Source: an uncultured Bacilli bacterium
Lineage (GTDB): Bacteria; Bacillota_I; Bacilli_A; RF39; UBA660
Assembly: GCA_944332645.1 (NCBI GenBank)
Contig: CALVKK010000001.1
Span: forward strand, 30,059-94,058
DNA length: 64,000 nt
Direction: 5' to 3'
Position numbers and translations under genes: made by a program. Shown one piece after another: positions 37,147 through 47,017 of the stretch; position 1 is the first letter of the stretch; each line of letters opens with the position of its first letter. The notes beneath the pieces were generated by a model. That model ran no database searches. It was not told the DNA's origin and was given only the letters and a program-made list of their open reading frames with translations.

Positions 37147-37567
37147 AATCTTCCTCCTTAATCATTTTTCTAATATCATTAATAAAATCGTATATTCTTC
37201 GTTTACTATAATTTGTTTTTATTGCAATATATCTTACTTTCATATTTTTAACATATTTTAATAGATATATTTTATCTAACATGTTTGAACTATTATTTAA
37301 TTCTATTTCTTTTAATTTCAATCTATACTCTAAAACATCTCTTAAATTTCGTCTTACATTTATCTCTTTGTCGATTTCTTCCATCTTTATAGTGTAATTT
37401 AAGAATTTATTACTCGAGCTACCTTTTAGTAACTCATTCTCAAAATTAGCCGATTTTGGTACTACTGAATACAATAATTGCGACTTTTTAGCTAATGCTT
37501 TTTCAAATTCTTTTTTAGCTTCTTTATATTCTTCATTTAGTTTATAGTGTTCAATAAATAGTTCCAT
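37139..37567 (-). CDS. Putative late-gene transcriptional activator
   Basis: Exact copy of 974..1402 (+36165). Confidence 0.45.
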   Translation of the reverse strand: MELFIEHYKLNEEYKEAKKEFEKALAKKSQLLYSVVPKSANFENELLKGSSSNKFLNYTIKMEEIDKEINVRRNLRDVLEYRLKLKEIELNNSSNMLDKIYLLKYVKNMKVRYIAIKTNYSKRRIYDFINDIRKMIKEEDYE

Positions 37568-37579
37568 ACTACCACCTCT

Positions 37580-38200
37580 TTATTCTCTATCGAAATGTTC
37601 TCTTAATTTGCCGTTTTTCATTCTTACATATTTTGAAATGATGTTATTATGATTTACTATAAATCCCTCGACATTTCTTTTTACTTTGTTACAGTATTTT
37701 TCATAAATACTATCTAAATATTCTTTATTTGGTAAAACATTTAATTCAGCTACATTAGGTACTATACCAATAAAATTAGGAATTGTTTGACTAGCAAATG
37801 GGTATATAAACAAATCGTGGTCATAAATTAAATTATATAAATTAAAATCATCATCTATATTGGCTTTAGCAAACATATACCATTTTTTATCGAACTCATC
37901 GATAGTATACTTTAATTGCCCCATTCCAAGCCATTCTCCACAAATAGCACTATTCTCGTGTAATTCGTTTTGTAGTACTTCTTTATTATCTAGCAACCAT
38001 TGATACAATCCTTTATATAATATTTCTTTTTGTTCTTCAATTTCTTCAATACAAATAATATTATTTCTTTGTGCAATGTATAATTTCTCATTTTTCTTAA
38101 AAAAGACTAAATTACTACCATCTAATTTTTCAGTAACATAAATCTTATCTCCACTACATTTTACTCTTTTTGTTTTAGGATAAATTCCTTTTTTTATCAT
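37580..38200 (-). CDS. RNA ligase-like nucleotidyltransferase
   Basis: Exact copy of 1415..2035. Confidence 0.6.
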   Translation of the reverse strand: MIKKGIYPKTKRVKCSGDKIYVTEKLDGSNLVFFKKNEKLYIAQRNNIICIEEIEEQKEILYKGLYQWLLDNKEVLQNELHENSAICGEWLGMGQLKYTIDEFDKKWYMFAKANIDDDFNLYNLIYDHDLFIYPFASQTIPNFIGIVPNVAELNVLPNKEYLDSIYEKYCNKVKRNVEGFIVNHNNIISKYVRMKNGKLREHFDRE

Positions 38201-38589
38201 TCTTTCACCTCATAAGTCATACTTTCAAATTGTTCTTTCGTTACTATTGATTTAATAGGATAATGTTTTATATAAGGATTTATAGTTTTATATCCATGTT
38301 CCATTATTAATGTAAAATTAAAAATATCATCACCATTTGGGTTATATATTGCAGTTACTTTATATCCATTAACATAATCTCCTTCTTCAATTAAATCGAT
38401 TATGTTATAACTTGCTTTTAATACATCTTTTTTTTCTATATAATTAATTTCTTCTTTATCTATAAAAAATCCATCAATTTCAGGAAAAACGCCAATTCCT
38501 ACATCAACACTATCTTCGTGAAATTCTCTATAAAGTTTACAAATACCATTGTTTTTAGTTCTAACATACATTCCTTCTTCTAATTTCAT
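38197..38589 (-). CDS. Hypothetical phage protein
   Basis: Exact copy of 2032..2424. Confidence 0.6.
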   Translation of the reverse strand: MKLEEGMYVRTKNNGICKLYREFHEDSVDVGIGVFPEIDGFFIDKEEINYIEKKDVLKASYNIIDLIEEGDYVNGYKVTAIYNPNGDDIFNFTLIMEHGYKTINPYIKHYPIKSIVTKEQFESMTYEVKE

Positions 38590-38846
38590 ATTTTCCTCCC
38601 AAAAACATCATTAATGCCACAGTCTTTCACTTGGTCTTGTATATCTAATATTTGATTAAGTAATTTGCAATATTCTACTGGTTTATTATCGCTAGTGTAT
38701 ATTATTTTAAAGTATCTGCATGGTTTAGCGCACACGCCATATTTCTTAATTTTTTTAAATTTATGATGACAGTACTGTGTGTTTTTAGGTATAAACAAGC
38801 TAGCCCATTTTTCTTTAATCTTCTTCATCTTCCACCTCAATATCAT
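38586..38846 (-). CDS. Hypothetical Cys-rich phage protein
   Basis: Exact copy of 2421..2681. Confidence 0.5.
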   Translation of the reverse strand: MILRWKMKKIKEKWASLFIPKNTQYCHHKFKKIKKYGVCAKPCRYFKIIYTSDNKPVEYCKLLNQILDIQDQVKDCGINDVFGRKI

Positions 38847-38896
38847 TACTCTCGTAAACTTGTCCGAATTTACTTTTGCATTCGTTACATATCATT

Positions 38897-39253
38897 TTAA
38901 GCATCTACTTTCTGTAAATTACTTATTATTCCGTTAATTAATTCGGCTAATTTATCGCCACATTCATTATTCATTCTTAATTTTTCTTGAATATAACCAC
39001 CTAATTTAATACTATCGGTCGAAAAACCATAACTCGTATGATCAATAATACTAACAAACAAATAGTTTGATTTGATACCTCTTTGAAATTGTCCGTATTT
39101 TATATCTAACCCTAATTTAAAAACTATATCTAAATGTGTTGATTTCTCATCAGTCCAACCTATTCCTACTGTACCTCCTGTTTTTATAATATTTGCTATG
39201 GTTTTATATGTATTTTCGCCATTTATTATTTCACCATAATTATCTACATTCAT
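38897..39253 (-). CDS. Hypothetical phage protein
   Basis: Exact copy of 2732..3088. Confidence 0.55.
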   Translation of the reverse strand: MNVDNYGEIINGENTYKTIANIIKTGGTVGIGWTDEKSTHLDIVFKLGLDIKYGQFQRGIKSNYLFVSIIDHTSYGFSTDSIKLGGYIQEKLRMNNECGDKLAELINGIISNLQKVDA

Positions 39254-39269
39254 TATTTATCACTCCTAA

Positions 39270-39506
39270 TCATTTTTTAAAACTATAAGTATTACATCCC
39301 ATTCCACCTGAAGCAAAAATATAATTTCCGTTTAATATTTTTCCTATGCAATCATCACATAAATTTAATTTTTCATTACAAAGATATGGTGGGCATTTTT
39401 TACCTTCATTCTGTTCAGTTGTAAATATGACTTGTATGTCGACTTCTTCATTTTTAGTCTCTTTCTTACATACATCACAATAAATTTTTGTTATTATTTG
39501 ATTCAT
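39270..39506 (-). CDS. Hypothetical zinc-ribbon protein
   Basis: Exact copy of 3105..3341. Confidence 0.55.
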   Translation of the reverse strand: MNQIITKIYCDVCKKETKNEEVDIQVIFTTEQNEGKKCPPYLCNEKLNLCDDCIGKILNGNYIFASGGMGCNTYSFKK

Positions 39507-39790
39507 TCTTTACCTCCTGTTATTTCTTTATATTTTGATAAAATCTTTTCCATTATAGCGATCCAATTTTTAATAACAGGGTTCATCATCATATAATCGC
39601 CATTAATTTGAGAATATGTATTTTTTATAAAGCTTATTTCACTTTCTAACCATTGTATAAATTCTTTTTGTTGATTTTTTAATTTTTGATTTTCTTTTTT
39701 TAGTTCATCTATTTTAGGCTGTAATTCTAGTAAGACATTTGCTCTAGCTATTGCTATATCTAATTCTTCATCACTTGCACCACTTATCAT
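39503..39790 (-). CDS. Hypothetical coiled-coil phage protein
   Basis: Exact copy of 3338..3625. Confidence 0.5.
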   Translation of the reverse strand: MISGASDEELDIAIARANVLLELQPKIDELKKENQKLKNQQKEFIQWLESEISFIKNTYSQINGDYMMMNPVIKNWIAIMEKILSKYKEITGGKE

Positions 39791-39804
39791 TTATTCCACC
39801 CCTT

Positions 39805-40068
39805 TTAATATGTTACTTTAATACCTTTTGCTTCTATATTGTCGTGATTTAAATTAATAATTCCTTTGTTTGCTAATTTATATATCAATGAAAATGACTC
39901 AAGTATTTCATCGTCTAAAATAAATTTTGTTTCTGGTCCCTGATATTTGATAAATATATTATTTATATCAATCAAGATTGCCTTTATCGTATCTTCTTTT
40001 GAATATGCTTTATAATAACGGTCGTTTTTTAGCATATTATTAATTTCTGCTTTTATTTGTTCTAACAT
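39805..40068 (-). CDS. Hypothetical phage protein
   Basis: Exact copy of 3640..3903. Confidence 0.5.
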   Translation of the reverse strand: MLEQIKAEINNMLKNDRYYKAYSKEDTIKAILIDINNIFIKYQGPETKFILDDEILESFSLIYKLANKGIINLNHDNIEAKGIKVTY

Positions 40069-40841
40069 TATTCCACCTCATTTAAAACTTTTTGCTTTTC
40101 TAATTTATCGAAATCTGTAAATATACTTGCTTGTCCCCACGCAGTAATTCCGTTTATTCTTTTATTTGCTATTTCATAATATTCTTTATTTATTTCCATA
40201 CCTATAAATCTTCTTCCCGTTTCTTGACAAGCCACACAAGTTGTACCACTTCCACAAAAACAATCTAATACTATATCATTTGGTTGCGTTGTATGTAATA
40301 TATGTCTTTTAACAAGGTTAAGTGGTTTTATTGTTGGATGATTATAAAGAATTTTGTCATTTTGATTTAAAGAACTTACATACCATTTACTTTTTAGTTC
40401 ATAACCATTATTTAATTTTGTTCCTCTATTAAAATACAAACAATATTCTATATCACTTAACCAATTACCATTACACATAGGAACAGGATTAGTTTTATTC
40501 CATGTTAATATTTGATATGTAGAATTAGTGTTTTTGTTAAACCAATCTAATATTGAAAATATTTGTTCCTTGCTACACCATATAAAACAATTTACATTTT
40601 TTAGGATTCTTACAAATTCATCAAAAATTTTATAATCAATACCATCGTAAATGTCTGCTTTTTTTAATTCTTTTTTCATTTTTTGAACCTGTAAAGCAAT
40701 TCTCGAAGTTCCTGTTCCACCTTGTTGAAAAAGATAAGGAATATCTACATAAATGCAATCAACACTTTTATCAGGTATATTTTTAATCATCTCATAGCAA
40801 TCACAATTGATTATTTTGTTTATCATATCTTCAAATTTCAT
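40068..40841 (-). CDS. DNA methyltransferase (N6A/N4C, beta class)
   Basis: Exact copy of 3903..4676. Confidence 0.85.
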   Translation of the reverse strand: MKFEDMINKIINCDCYEMIKNIPDKSVDCIYVDIPYLFQQGGTGTSRIALQVQKMKKELKKADIYDGIDYKIFDEFVRILKNVNCFIWCSKEQIFSILDWFNKNTNSTYQILTWNKTNPVPMCNGNWLSDIEYCLYFNRGTKLNNGYELKSKWYVSSLNQNDKILYNHPTIKPLNLVKRHILHTTQPNDIVLDCFCGSGTTCVACQETGRRFIGMEINKEYYEIANKRINGITAWGQASIFTDFDKLEKQKVLNEVE

Positions 40842-40843
40842 TT

Positions 40844-41029
40844 TTAATCTACCTCTACTAAATATCTTCTTTTTTTACCTGTACCTCTTTTTTGGTAAGT
40901 TGGTGTATTATAAAAATCTAATGTCCTCTTTTTTACACCCATTTTTTTAGCAATTTCTTCTTTTGTACCAAATGCTAATTCAATATCGCCTTTATATAGT
41001 GAATAATAAACTTTTTTCATATCTTCCAA
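40844..41029 (-). CDS. Small hypothetical protein, possible HTH
   Basis: Exact copy of 4679..4864. Confidence 0.45.
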   Translation of the reverse strand: MEDMKKVYYSLYKGDIELAFGTKEEIAKKMGVKKRTLDFYNTPTYQKRGTGKKRRYLVEVD

Positions 41030-41202
41030 ATTCCCAACTCCTTTAACAGCTTAATTTTTTCATTTTTCGTTAAATTCCAATTATTCCAAATGGTACTTTG
41101 CAATTCAATTAATGCGCATTTATCGTTCAATAGTTTTGCTTTAAACACAGCTCTTTTGTAGCTTGGCAGAAAATATTTTTTAAACGATTCTAGATATTTC
41201 AT
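41017..41202 (-). CDS. Small hypothetical phage protein
   Basis: Exact copy of 4852..5037. Confidence 0.4.
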   Translation of the reverse strand: MKYLESFKKYFLPSYKRAVFKAKLLNDKCALIELQSTIWNNWNLTKNEKIKLLKELGIWKI

Positions 41203-41537
41203 AATTCTTTCAGCTCACAATCTTGATATATATACTCAAACATCTTCTTTTTCAATAAATAATCTTTTGTTTTATATCCTTTTGTATCTTCAATTATCAT
41301 TTTTTTTAATTTATTATCATAGTACATAAAATCTGCTATATATTCTATCTTTCGATATGATTTATTATTTTTCTTGAATTTTGGCTGTAGTTCGAATTTT
41401 GGTTGTAATGTTAAATCAGTTATTTCATTTGCTTTCAATAGTAAATCTAATTGATGAAATCTTTCATGTTCTTTCTTACTGTCAAAAAATCGGTTAGCTT
41501 TATCACAATAAACTTTTTCATTACGATACTTATTCAT
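41199..41537 (-). CDS. DUF1064-family putative resolvase/nuclease
   Basis: Exact copy of 5034..5372. Confidence 0.7.
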   Translation of the reverse strand: MNKYRNEKVYCDKANRFFDSKKEHERFHQLDLLLKANEITDLTLQPKFELQPKFKKNNKSYRKIEYIADFMYYDNKLKKMIIEDTKGYKTKDYLLKKKMFEYIYQDCELKEL

Positions 41538-41552
41538 CCAGTTACCCCATTT

Positions 41553-41972
41553 CTACCACTTAGTAAGTTCATTATTTTTTATAGCATTTGTTATTTCAAA
41601 TACTTCTTCATTTGTATAATCTTTTTTTAAACCTACCAAAATTGATGGCGGTGTTGGTATTTCTTTGTTAATAGGTCGCCAAATATGCAAACAATATGGA
41701 TGATTATTAACATAATCTTTTTTTGCTGGATGTAATTGCATACATACCTCATCATCTTTCCAAAATAAATCTTTCATTGAACACATTTGTTCCCACGATG
41801 GACATCTAGTTGGCATCGATACCGAACAATGTTCAAATTCAGCTCCCCAACTCATTATAAAATTTAAATGACATCTACTTTTTTTATCGTAAAAAGTCCC
41901 ACCAAAACCATCTCTACCTTCTTTTTTTATTTCTAAATATTTATTCTTTTTGATTTCTTCTAAACTTTTCAT
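41553..41972 (-). CDS. Conserved hypothetical phage protein
   Basis: Exact copy of 5388..5807. Confidence 0.55.
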   Translation of the reverse strand: MKSLEEIKKNKYLEIKKEGRDGFGGTFYDKKSRCHLNFIMSWGAEFEHCSVSMPTRCPSWEQMCSMKDLFWKDDEVCMQLHPAKKDYVNNHPYCLHIWRPINKEIPTPPSILVGLKKDYTNEEVFEITNAIKNNELTKW

Positions 41973-42322
41973 TTAGTACTCCATTTCTTATAAACTAAAT
42001 TCGACTTATCCCAACTTGGATAAAGACTCTTTAAATAATTTTCCATTATTGATAACATTTCTTTTCGTAGACTTTGATTACCATTGTCCAGCAAATGATG
42101 ATGATATCTACACCCCTCAACCCCGTTTTCTTCAATTCCTAAACCCATTTTTGACTTGGGTACAAAGTGCATAATATCGTGAATTATAAAATCCATTTTA
42201 TTAGGATTAAATTCTTCACAATGATAACCAATTCTACAAAAAAGACACGAATAATTATCTCTTTGTTGTATGGTCCTTATTGTGTCTTTATTAAATTGTA
42301 ATAATTTTGTATAATTTGGCAT
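41969..42322 (-). CDS. Putative HNH/zinc-binding nuclease-like protein
   Basis: Exact copy of 5804..6157. Confidence 0.35.
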   Translation of the reverse strand: MPNYTKLLQFNKDTIRTIQQRDNYSCLFCRIGYHCEEFNPNKMDFIIHDIMHFVPKSKMGLGIEENGVEGCRYHHHLLDNGNQSLRKEMLSIMENYLKSLYPSWDKSNLVYKKWSTK

Positions 42323-42790
42323 TTAAGCCACCCCCTGACTTTTAACATCTTCCTCTAATTCTTCTAACTCTTCCGGACTTAATGTTTCGATTCCTTGTTG
42401 TTTGCATTCTTCACAAAGTCCTTTCAATAAAATTGCAAATTCAGCTGTATTTAATTCGTGGCTAGGAGTGTACACGTGGTACACATAAAATTCCTTGCCA
42501 TTTTTTAATATCTTTGATTTTTTTTCGTAATATTCGATACCTCTAATATTACTTTCATTAGGTACTAAAATTTCATATCTAGGACTATAAGATTTAAGCA
42601 TCTCAAAATGTAATTCTTCTATTCCTATTTTTGTCTTTAATGATAATTCTCCTAATAATTTCCAATACTTTTTATTTTGTTTTTTATTTCTTTTTTCTTT
42701 GTATTCTTTTATTTCAAATAATTTATTTTTGTCTTGGTCATACAACCATTGAATTATTTTTAAGACATTTCCTATCATTAATCTAACCAA
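42323..42790 (-). CDS. NinB/Orf-like protein (tentative)
   Basis: Exact copy of 6158..6625. Confidence 0.35.
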   Translation of the reverse strand: MVRLMIGNVLKIIQWLYDQDKNKLFEIKEYKEKRNKKQNKKYWKLLGELSLKTKIGIEELHFEMLKSYSPRYEILVPNESNIRGIEYYEKKSKILKNGKEFYVYHVYTPSHELNTAEFAILLKGLCEECKQQGIETLSPEELEELEEDVKSQGVA

Positions 42791-43185
42791 TTATCATCAA
42801 TAGACACACTTTCACCAAAATCAGCGAACACATCAGTATTGTCTTGTTTTTCTTCTTTAGTTTCTTCTTTTTTCTTGCTATTTAAGAACATTACTCTTTC
42901 AGCAACGACTAATGTTTTGTATCTATTTTCGCCGTCTTTAGTTGTAAATTTTTCAGTTTGTACTCTACCTTCTATAGCTACTAAACTACCTTTATCTAAA
43001 TATTGGCAAATATTTTCAGCTTGCTTTCTCCACACTCTAATTTCAATAAAATCAGCCTCTTTTTTTCCGTCTTCACGAGGTGGTCTATCTACTGCTAAAT
43101 TGAAACTCGTTACTGCTATGTTTGAACTTGTATATTTTAATTCAGGTTTGGCTGTTAACCGACCTATAAGTATTGCTTTATTCAT
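42778..43185 (-). CDS. ssb: Single-stranded DNA-binding protein
   Basis: Exact copy of 6613..7020. Confidence 0.85.
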   Translation of the reverse strand: MNKAILIGRLTAKPELKYTSSNIAVTSFNLAVDRPPREDGKKEADFIEIRVWRKQAENICQYLDKGSLVAIEGRVQTEKFTTKDGENRYKTLVVAERVMFLNSKKKEETKEEKQDNTDVFADFGESVSIDDNWLD

Positions 43186-43495
43186 TACTTTTCTCCTTAC
43201 TATTTTTACTTTCAAAATAATTAATCGTACTTTTTATATATGATAGTGAATTATTTAATTTTTCTATTGCGTAATCGGAATATATCCCTTTATGTTCTAC
43301 ATAAACTTCTAATACTGCTGATATGCCTATTAAACTATCAACTAAATCTTTTAAAAATGCACTATCCCTAGAACCAGTAGAATAATATTCATCATAAATT
43401 TTCATATAATAATGTTCTATTTTGTTAAGTTCTCTATTTAATGAATCTTGAGTATTTTGTCTAAAGAAATCTCTATCTATATTGCTTCCAAACAT
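43178..43495 (-). CDS. Hypothetical phage protein
   Basis: Exact copy of 7013..7330. Confidence 0.5.
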   Translation of the reverse strand: MFGSNIDRDFFRQNTQDSLNRELNKIEHYYMKIYDEYYSTGSRDSAFLKDLVDSLIGISAVLEVYVEHKGIYSDYAIEKLNNSLSYIKSTINYFESKNSKEKSNE

Positions 43496-44196
43496 TCTCT
43501 AAACTCTACCTCCAATTCTTCTCTTTCTTCATCATTATGAAGTTGATTTAAATACCTATTTGCTTCTTCTAATATTTCCATATATTTAACATTATTTTTT
43601 ATAGCATTATTAACCGTATCATATCTTTCTTTGTCTTCCGCTGCTTTTGTATATACTAAATACAAATCACTTAATACTTGATATTTTCTACCTTGAAGAT
43701 AATTAGATAAGTAGGTATCTGTTTTTTTGTTGTTTGAGACATAATTATCTATATATACATCTCTTATTTCTTTATTACTAACACCATTATCATCTAAAAA
43801 ATCTTCTGCTATTTTTGTTAGCATATCTTCTTCTTCACTTTCGGCTGCTTGTATTAATTCATATCCTTTTTCTTTTCTTATGTAATATTTTTCACAAGAA
43901 CATATTAAATCAAATATTGCACCGTTAATTTGTTTCTTTAGAATTTTTATATTGCTTTGATTAATATGATAAGTTATAAAATTATAATTGCTATAATCAT
44001 TATTTTTTATATTAATTTCCAATACAATACTGTTGCTTTGTGTATTAATTTCGTATAGTTGTAACGAAAATATAAAATCTTTATATACAAACAAATTCCA
44101 TTTTTTATTCCAAAGTTCTCTATCTAAATAATTTTTTATTATAAAACTATAATCAATTTCATATTGCTTAATAATTAAGTTATTCATTACGTTCAC
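43477..44196 (-). CDS. Hypothetical phage protein
   Basis: Exact copy of 7312..8031. Confidence 0.55.
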   Translation of the reverse strand: MNVMNNLIIKQYEIDYSFIIKNYLDRELWNKKWNLFVYKDFIFSLQLYEINTQSNSIVLEINIKNNDYSNYNFITYHINQSNIKILKKQINGAIFDLICSCEKYYIRKEKGYELIQAAESEEEDMLTKIAEDFLDDNGVSNKEIRDVYIDNYVSNNKKTDTYLSNYLQGRKYQVLSDLYLVYTKAAEDKERYDTVNNAIKNNVKYMEILEEANRYLNQLHNDEEREELEVEFRECLEAI

Positions 44197-44200
44197 CCTT

Positions 44201-44776
44201 TTAATATTTACTTTCCCAATTTTCTTGATAAATCTTTAACAAGTCATATTTTTCTAGCCAATTCATAAATTTATAAATTTCTTCTTTTAAATCCATTTTT
44301 AATTCTTCACGATAATATTCTTCTTTAAAAATTCGTAATTGTTTTTTATCTTCTTCCCAGTCGTTTACCATATCTTTTTTATCAAAATTATTACAAATTA
44401 CATATTGCATTTTATATGCCTCTGGTACTAATTCCATATAAACTGCTGTTTGATAACTTCCGTAAAATTTACCGACATCATAATTGTTAGTGTGCTTATA
44501 ATCAGTAATAACTCCAGCTTTTAAACAATCAATTTTTCCGTAGACAATGAAATTATCAATATTTTTATATACTTTAACTTGGTAACATCCATTTTTTGTT
44601 TCAGGATAATGAGCAACCATATACTCCTCAAACTCATTACCCTTAACAAATTTACTTTTATCTTCGACTTCTTCTTTTTTTAAAGTTTTAATAAAATCTT
44701 CCAAAGTGCCATATTGATTTTCGACACAATATTTCCAACTATTCAGCAATGTCGGTGTTATTAGATACTTTTTCAT
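44201..44776 (-). CDS. PD-(D/E)XK nuclease
   Basis: Exact copy of 8036..8611. Confidence 0.5.
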   Translation of the reverse strand: MKKYLITPTLLNSWKYCVENQYGTLEDFIKTLKKEEVEDKSKFVKGNEFEEYMVAHYPETKNGCYQVKVYKNIDNFIVYGKIDCLKAGVITDYKHTNNYDVGKFYGSYQTAVYMELVPEAYKMQYVICNNFDKKDMVNDWEEDKKQLRIFKEEYYREELKMDLKEEIYKFMNWLEKYDLLKIYQENWESKY

Positions 44777-45692
44777 ATTCTTTCTTCTCACTATTCCATT
44801 GATAACCTAATTCTGCTACCTTTTCTTTAAATTTGTGTTTCAACTCTTTTTCACTTGTTAAAATATGATTAGTTTCTTTAATTAATTTTGTCATACTTGT
44901 TAAATCTTCTTTGGTTTCCATTTTTTCAATTTGTGGTACTATTTCATTCATTAATTTTTCATATTCTTTCTTTTGTTCTTCAAAGAATACAGCTTCTTTT
45001 TTGATGTTGTTATTAGCTAATTGAAACAATTTTGTTAAAAAGTCATTTGGTTTTGTTCCGTCTAATTCAGGTATTTTCATTACACCTTTAATTCCAAAAC
45101 TTGCTTTAGCAAAATATCTTTCACAATTATCGAATCCGATAGTTTTCTTTTTACCGATAATTTCCATAAAGCCACCAATTTCAACATTTTGCCATACTGT
45201 GTTTTTTGTAGATCCTTCTACTAAAATTCTTAACTTTGTTTGTTCCTCATCTTTTTCTTCAACTGCGTGAAAAACAATAACAATGTTTTTTCTTAAATTG
45301 TAGTAGCAATTATCCATAAATCTTGAAAATTCTCTTGCCACAGCTCCATAACCTTGTAATGATAAACTACCGTCTTTTTTAGCATTTTTAACATCCTGTT
45401 TAATAACATAATTCTTCATTAATTCTAATAATTTTCCACCAGTATCAATTACTAAAGTTTCATAATCACTTAAATCGCCTTTTAAATCTTCGATTAATTC
45501 TTCATAACTATTTGGTTGAATAAAGTCTTTTCTTGCACTAGCCATAACTCTATTGATACCTAAATCTACATCTACCAATAATGGTTTTGGTGCAGATAAA
45601 GCTAAAGTCGTTTTACCTATTCCTGGATACCCAGCTATTAACATTCTTATTTTTTGATTTTCATTAATTAATTCATTTGGTTTTTTTATCAT
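44739..45692 (-). CDS. AAA_24/Sak4-like ATPase
   Basis: Exact copy of 8574..9527. Confidence 0.7.
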   Translation of the reverse strand: MIKKPNELINENQKIRMLIAGYPGIGKTTLALSAPKPLLVDVDLGINRVMASARKDFIQPNSYEELIEDLKGDLSDYETLVIDTGGKLLELMKNYVIKQDVKNAKKDGSLSLQGYGAVAREFSRFMDNCYYNLRKNIVIVFHAVEEKDEEQTKLRILVEGSTKNTVWQNVEIGGFMEIIGKKKTIGFDNCERYFAKASFGIKGVMKIPELDGTKPNDFLTKLFQLANNNIKKEAVFFEEQKKEYEKLMNEIVPQIEKMETKEDLTSMTKLIKETNHILTSEKELKHKFKEKVAELGYQWNSEKKEYEKVSNNTDIAE

Positions 45693-46009
45693 AAATTCAT
45701 TCCTCCTATTTTACTTTTCCATTCCATAATTTTTGTCGTTCTAAACATTTGATTTGCACGATGTTTAGTATTGTTAATTGTTTCTTCTACCTCTTCTCGT
45801 GTTGTACAGATATAAAATCCACCACTAATACCCGATATACTTCCAATCAATTTTGGATACTGCTTGTCCTCTCTGATATTTTGAATGATCTTTCGCATTG
45901 TCTTATCACTATTCACATTGAATATTTGTCGTAAGTCTTTGTTTTTGATTAAATTAGCTTTTCCTAAATGATTTTTACAAAGGTATTCATAAACTAATTT
46001 TTCACGCAT
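45689..46009 (-). CDS. Hypothetical protein, possible winged-helix
   Basis: Exact copy of 9524..9844. Confidence 0.45.
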   Translation of the reverse strand: MREKLVYEYLCKNHLGKANLIKNKDLRQIFNVNSDKTMRKIIQNIREDKQYPKLIGSISGISGGFYICTTREEVEETINNTKHRANQMFRTTKIMEWKSKIGGMNL

Positions 46010-46179
46010 GGTATTAACCTCGCTTTTTTGTGTTTGAATCGCTCTTGTAGTTCTTTTGCTCTTTTAGGTGTAAATACTTTAGCCTCGTTTATATCTCTAA
46101 CAATGTGGTACATTGGAATACTAGGCTTAGCCCACTTTAGATACACTTTTTCGTTTGAAACTTCTATTTCTACAATCAT
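45994..46179 (-). CDS. Small hypothetical phage protein
   Basis: Exact copy of 9829..10014. Confidence 0.4.
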   Translation of the reverse strand: MIVEIEVSNEKVYLKWAKPSIPMYHIVRDINEAKVFTPKRAKELQERFKHKKARLIPCVKN

Positions 46180-46847
46180 TTTTCACCCCTTAATTCTTTT
46201 TCAAAAGCCTCTAATTCTTCATCAGTTAGTAAATCATCATCGACATTTTTATTGAACCAGTCAGGAACTTGTTCTATTGGCTTTTCGTTTTTTAAACGGT
46301 CAAAAATTATTCCTTTGTAATTATTTGCCATGCACTCATCGATTAAGTTAATAATTTTTTCTTCGCCATATTTTTTTGTGTTGTTTTCAATTTGCGTTAG
46401 TAAAGACTTTAATCCTGTTTCAGTATAATGTTCTTTTCGCTCTTTTTTGTACATGAGCCAATCTTCAATCTTTCCCCTTAACAATCCCCTATCTTTTAAA
46501 AACTCTAAATTAGAAACTAAAAACTTAAAACTTAAAACACTTGTTTTGTTTTCTTCCGGTTCCTCATTCGGTTTCTTTCCGGTTTGCTTTCCGGTTTTTC
46601 TTTGGTTTGCCTTTCGGTTTTCTTCCGGTTCATTTTTTTTACTTCTTTTTGAATTGTTTTTTGATAAATTTAACTGTGATTTCAAAGTGTTAAAGACTGC
46701 TTGATTGTGTCCTGTTAATATAGGTTCAATATCTTTAAATACATAATCAGTAATAGCTATTAATAAAATACTTTTATCTTCTATTGGTAATGTATCGATT
46801 AAGTTATAATAGTCATAATAAAATGTAAAACTATTTACTTTATTCAT
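46176..46847 (-). CDS. Putative replication initiator / replisome organiser (contains iterons at 46553..46631)
   Basis: Exact copy of 10011..10682. Confidence 0.5.
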   Translation of the reverse strand: MNKVNSFTFYYDYYNLIDTLPIEDKSILLIAITDYVFKDIEPILTGHNQAVFNTLKSQLNLSKNNSKRSKKNEPEENRKANQRKTGKQTGKKPNEEPEENKTSVLSFKFLVSNLEFLKDRGLLRGKIEDWLMYKKERKEHYTETGLKSLLTQIENNTKKYGEEKIINLIDECMANNYKGIIFDRLKNEKPIEQVPDWFNKNVDDDLLTDEELEAFEKELRGEK

Positions 46848-46850
46848 TCC

Positions 46851-47000
46851 TTAACACCTATCCTTTAGTTCTTTTTTAAAATCGTTTATTATGTCTTCAA
46901 TTTGACATAATCTAATTTTTAAGATATACTTTAGTTGTAAATTTTTATTTACAACTTGATTGGAGCACCCCCGTGACCAATCTTTTTTTTGTACAGTCAT
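46851..47000 (-). CDS. Small hypothetical protein
   Basis: Exact copy of 10686..10835. Confidence 0.35.
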   Translation of the reverse strand: MTVQKKDWSRGCSNQVVNKNLQLKYILKIRLCQIEDIINDFKKELKDRC

Positions 47001-47017
47001 TTTTACATCACCCCTTT

